A stretch of DNA of 64,000 bases from an uncultured Solirubrobacterales bacterium. Its GTDB lineage: Bacteria; Actinomycetota; Thermoleophilia; Solirubrobacterales; 70-9. Position 1 is the stretch's first letter; every line of letters begins with the position of its first letter. Below the pieces are notes generated by a model. The model was given only the letters and a program-made list of their open reading frames with translations, ran no database searches and was not told where the DNA came from. The position numbers were made by a program, and so were the translations under genes. This document shows, piece after piece, positions 63,073-64,000 of this stretch. The DNA lies in NCBI GenBank assembly GCA_963697805.1, contig CAVOPB010000003.1, positions 295,166 through 359,165 on the forward strand, in the 5' to 3' direction.

Positions 63073-64000
63073 TCAGGCCTCTACCGGCGCCTCCTCGGGC
63101 TCCTCGTCGGGCTCGGACTCAGGCGGCAGCTCGCCGCCGCGCGCGGTCCCGGCGATCAGCTCGTCGCCCGATTTGCCCTCGGGGATGAAGCCCGACTTCA
63201 TCCCGAAGTAGACGGCCTGGGGATGGTGGGCGACGATCGCGACCGTCGACTGCTCCGGCGTCACCGCGAACCCGTCGGAGAGGGTCATCCCGATCTCTTC
63301 GAGGTCGAGCAGGCGCCAGACCTTCTCGTGCTCGGATTGGTCCGGGCAGGCGGGGTAGCCCCACGAGTAGCGGCGCCCCTGGTCGAGGTCGATGCCGAGC
63401 CCGCGGCGGATGTCGGAGTGCAGCCACTCGGCCAGGCCCTCCGCCGACTGGACGCCGACCCCGTGCACATAGAGCTGCTCGGCGAACTCGCCCTCGCTCT
63501 CGAGCCGCTCGATCAGCTCGGTCACCTCGGGGCCGACCGTCACCCCCTGCACGGCGACGACGTCGCGTTCGCCGGACTCGATCGGGCGGAAGAAGTCGGC
63601 GAGGCAGATCCGGTCGTGCTTGGGCTGGCGCGGGAAGACGAGACGCTCGAGCTCTCGCTCGGGGTCCTCGGGGTCGAAGACGACGAGCTCGTTGCCGTCC
63701 GCGTTGCAGGGGAAGTAGCCGAGCCGGGCCCGCGGCTTCAGGTAGTCCTGCTCACGCCACATGCGCTCGAGCCGAGGCGCGAAGCCCTCCTCCTCGTCGG
63801 TGCCCTCGACCAGATCGCGCCAGGCCTCGCCCTTGACCCCGCGGCCGCCCCAGTGCAGCTTGAACAGCACGTGGCGGTCGAGGTAGGGGAAGACGTCGCC
63901 GAGATCGATGGGGACCTCGCGCACGCCCCAGAACGGGGGGGCCGGGATCGGGTTGTCGGTGCGAGCCGCGGAGCGGACGCTGGCGTCGGTCGTCGGCGGC
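63073..64000 (-). CDS. metH: Cobalamin-dependent methionine synthase, C-terminal reactivation (AdoMet-binding) domain; 5' part lies outside the window
   Basis: ..FWGVREVPIDLGDVFPYLDRHVLFKLHWGG..., then RLGYFPCNADGNELVVF, RRYSWGYPACPDQSEH, AIVAHHPQAVYF. The frame stays open to the window edge. Confidence 0.8.
   Translation of the reverse strand, partial: PPTTDASVRSAARTDNPIPAPPFWGVREVPIDLGDVFPYLDRHVLFKLHWGGRGVKGEAWRDLVEGTDEEEGFAPRLERMWREQDYLKPRARLGYFPCNADGNELVVFDPEDPERELERLVFPRQPKHDRICLADFFRPIESGERDVVAVQGVTVGPEVTELIERLESEGEFAEQLYVHGVGVQSAEGLAEWLHSDIRRGLGIDLDQGRRYSWGYPACPDQSEHEKVWRLLDLEEIGMTLSDGFAVTPEQSTVAIVAHHPQAVYFGMKSGFIPEGKSGDELIAGTARGGELPPESEPDEEPEEAPVEA

Overview
This is a very GC-rich chromosomal segment of actinobacterial type (sampled 60-nt lines are about 70-80% G+C). 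It is tightly packed with about 70 protein-coding genes, and many are joined by ATGA/GTGA stop-start overlaps. I saw no rRNA, tRNA or CRISPR array by eye.

The core content is housekeeping and catabolism:
- a split biotin cluster (bioA, then marR-MFS, then bioD-bioF-bioB) next to an ECF sigma/anti-sigma pair
- glpK and a plsC-like gene
- several acyl-CoA dehydrogenase, enoyl-CoA hydratase, carboxyltransferase, BKACE and CoA-transferase genes
- an Fe-S trio (IscA-type, monothiol Grx4, BolA)
- FprA-like, HemQ-like and the 3' end of metH

The features that go beyond routine annotation are:
1. A 2.9-kb low-GC transposon at 47822-50755. It has perfect 18-bp terminal inverted repeats, an 8-bp target duplication, an IS1-like transposase and four uncharacterised passenger ORFs. 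It sits in the short degV/iscA divergent region.
2. A 66-72-nt intercistronic cassette present three times (10590-10655 minus strand, 33961-34032, 46523-46594). Each copy starts on the upstream gene's stop, ends on the downstream gene's start, and is readable as a 21-23-aa mini-ORF.
3. A DUF559 endonuclease-like gene bracketed by 26-27-bp inverted repeats. The cassette exactly fills the gap between two convergent stop codons.
4. Two tandem collagen-like (Gly-X-Y) genes, the first disrupted by compensating frameshifts, plus a separate protein combining an FG-GAP propeller with a collagen stalk.
5. A receiver/thioredoxin-reductase-like fusion that lacks the CxxC redox centre.

All calls come from reading the sequence and recognising motifs. 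No database search was run.
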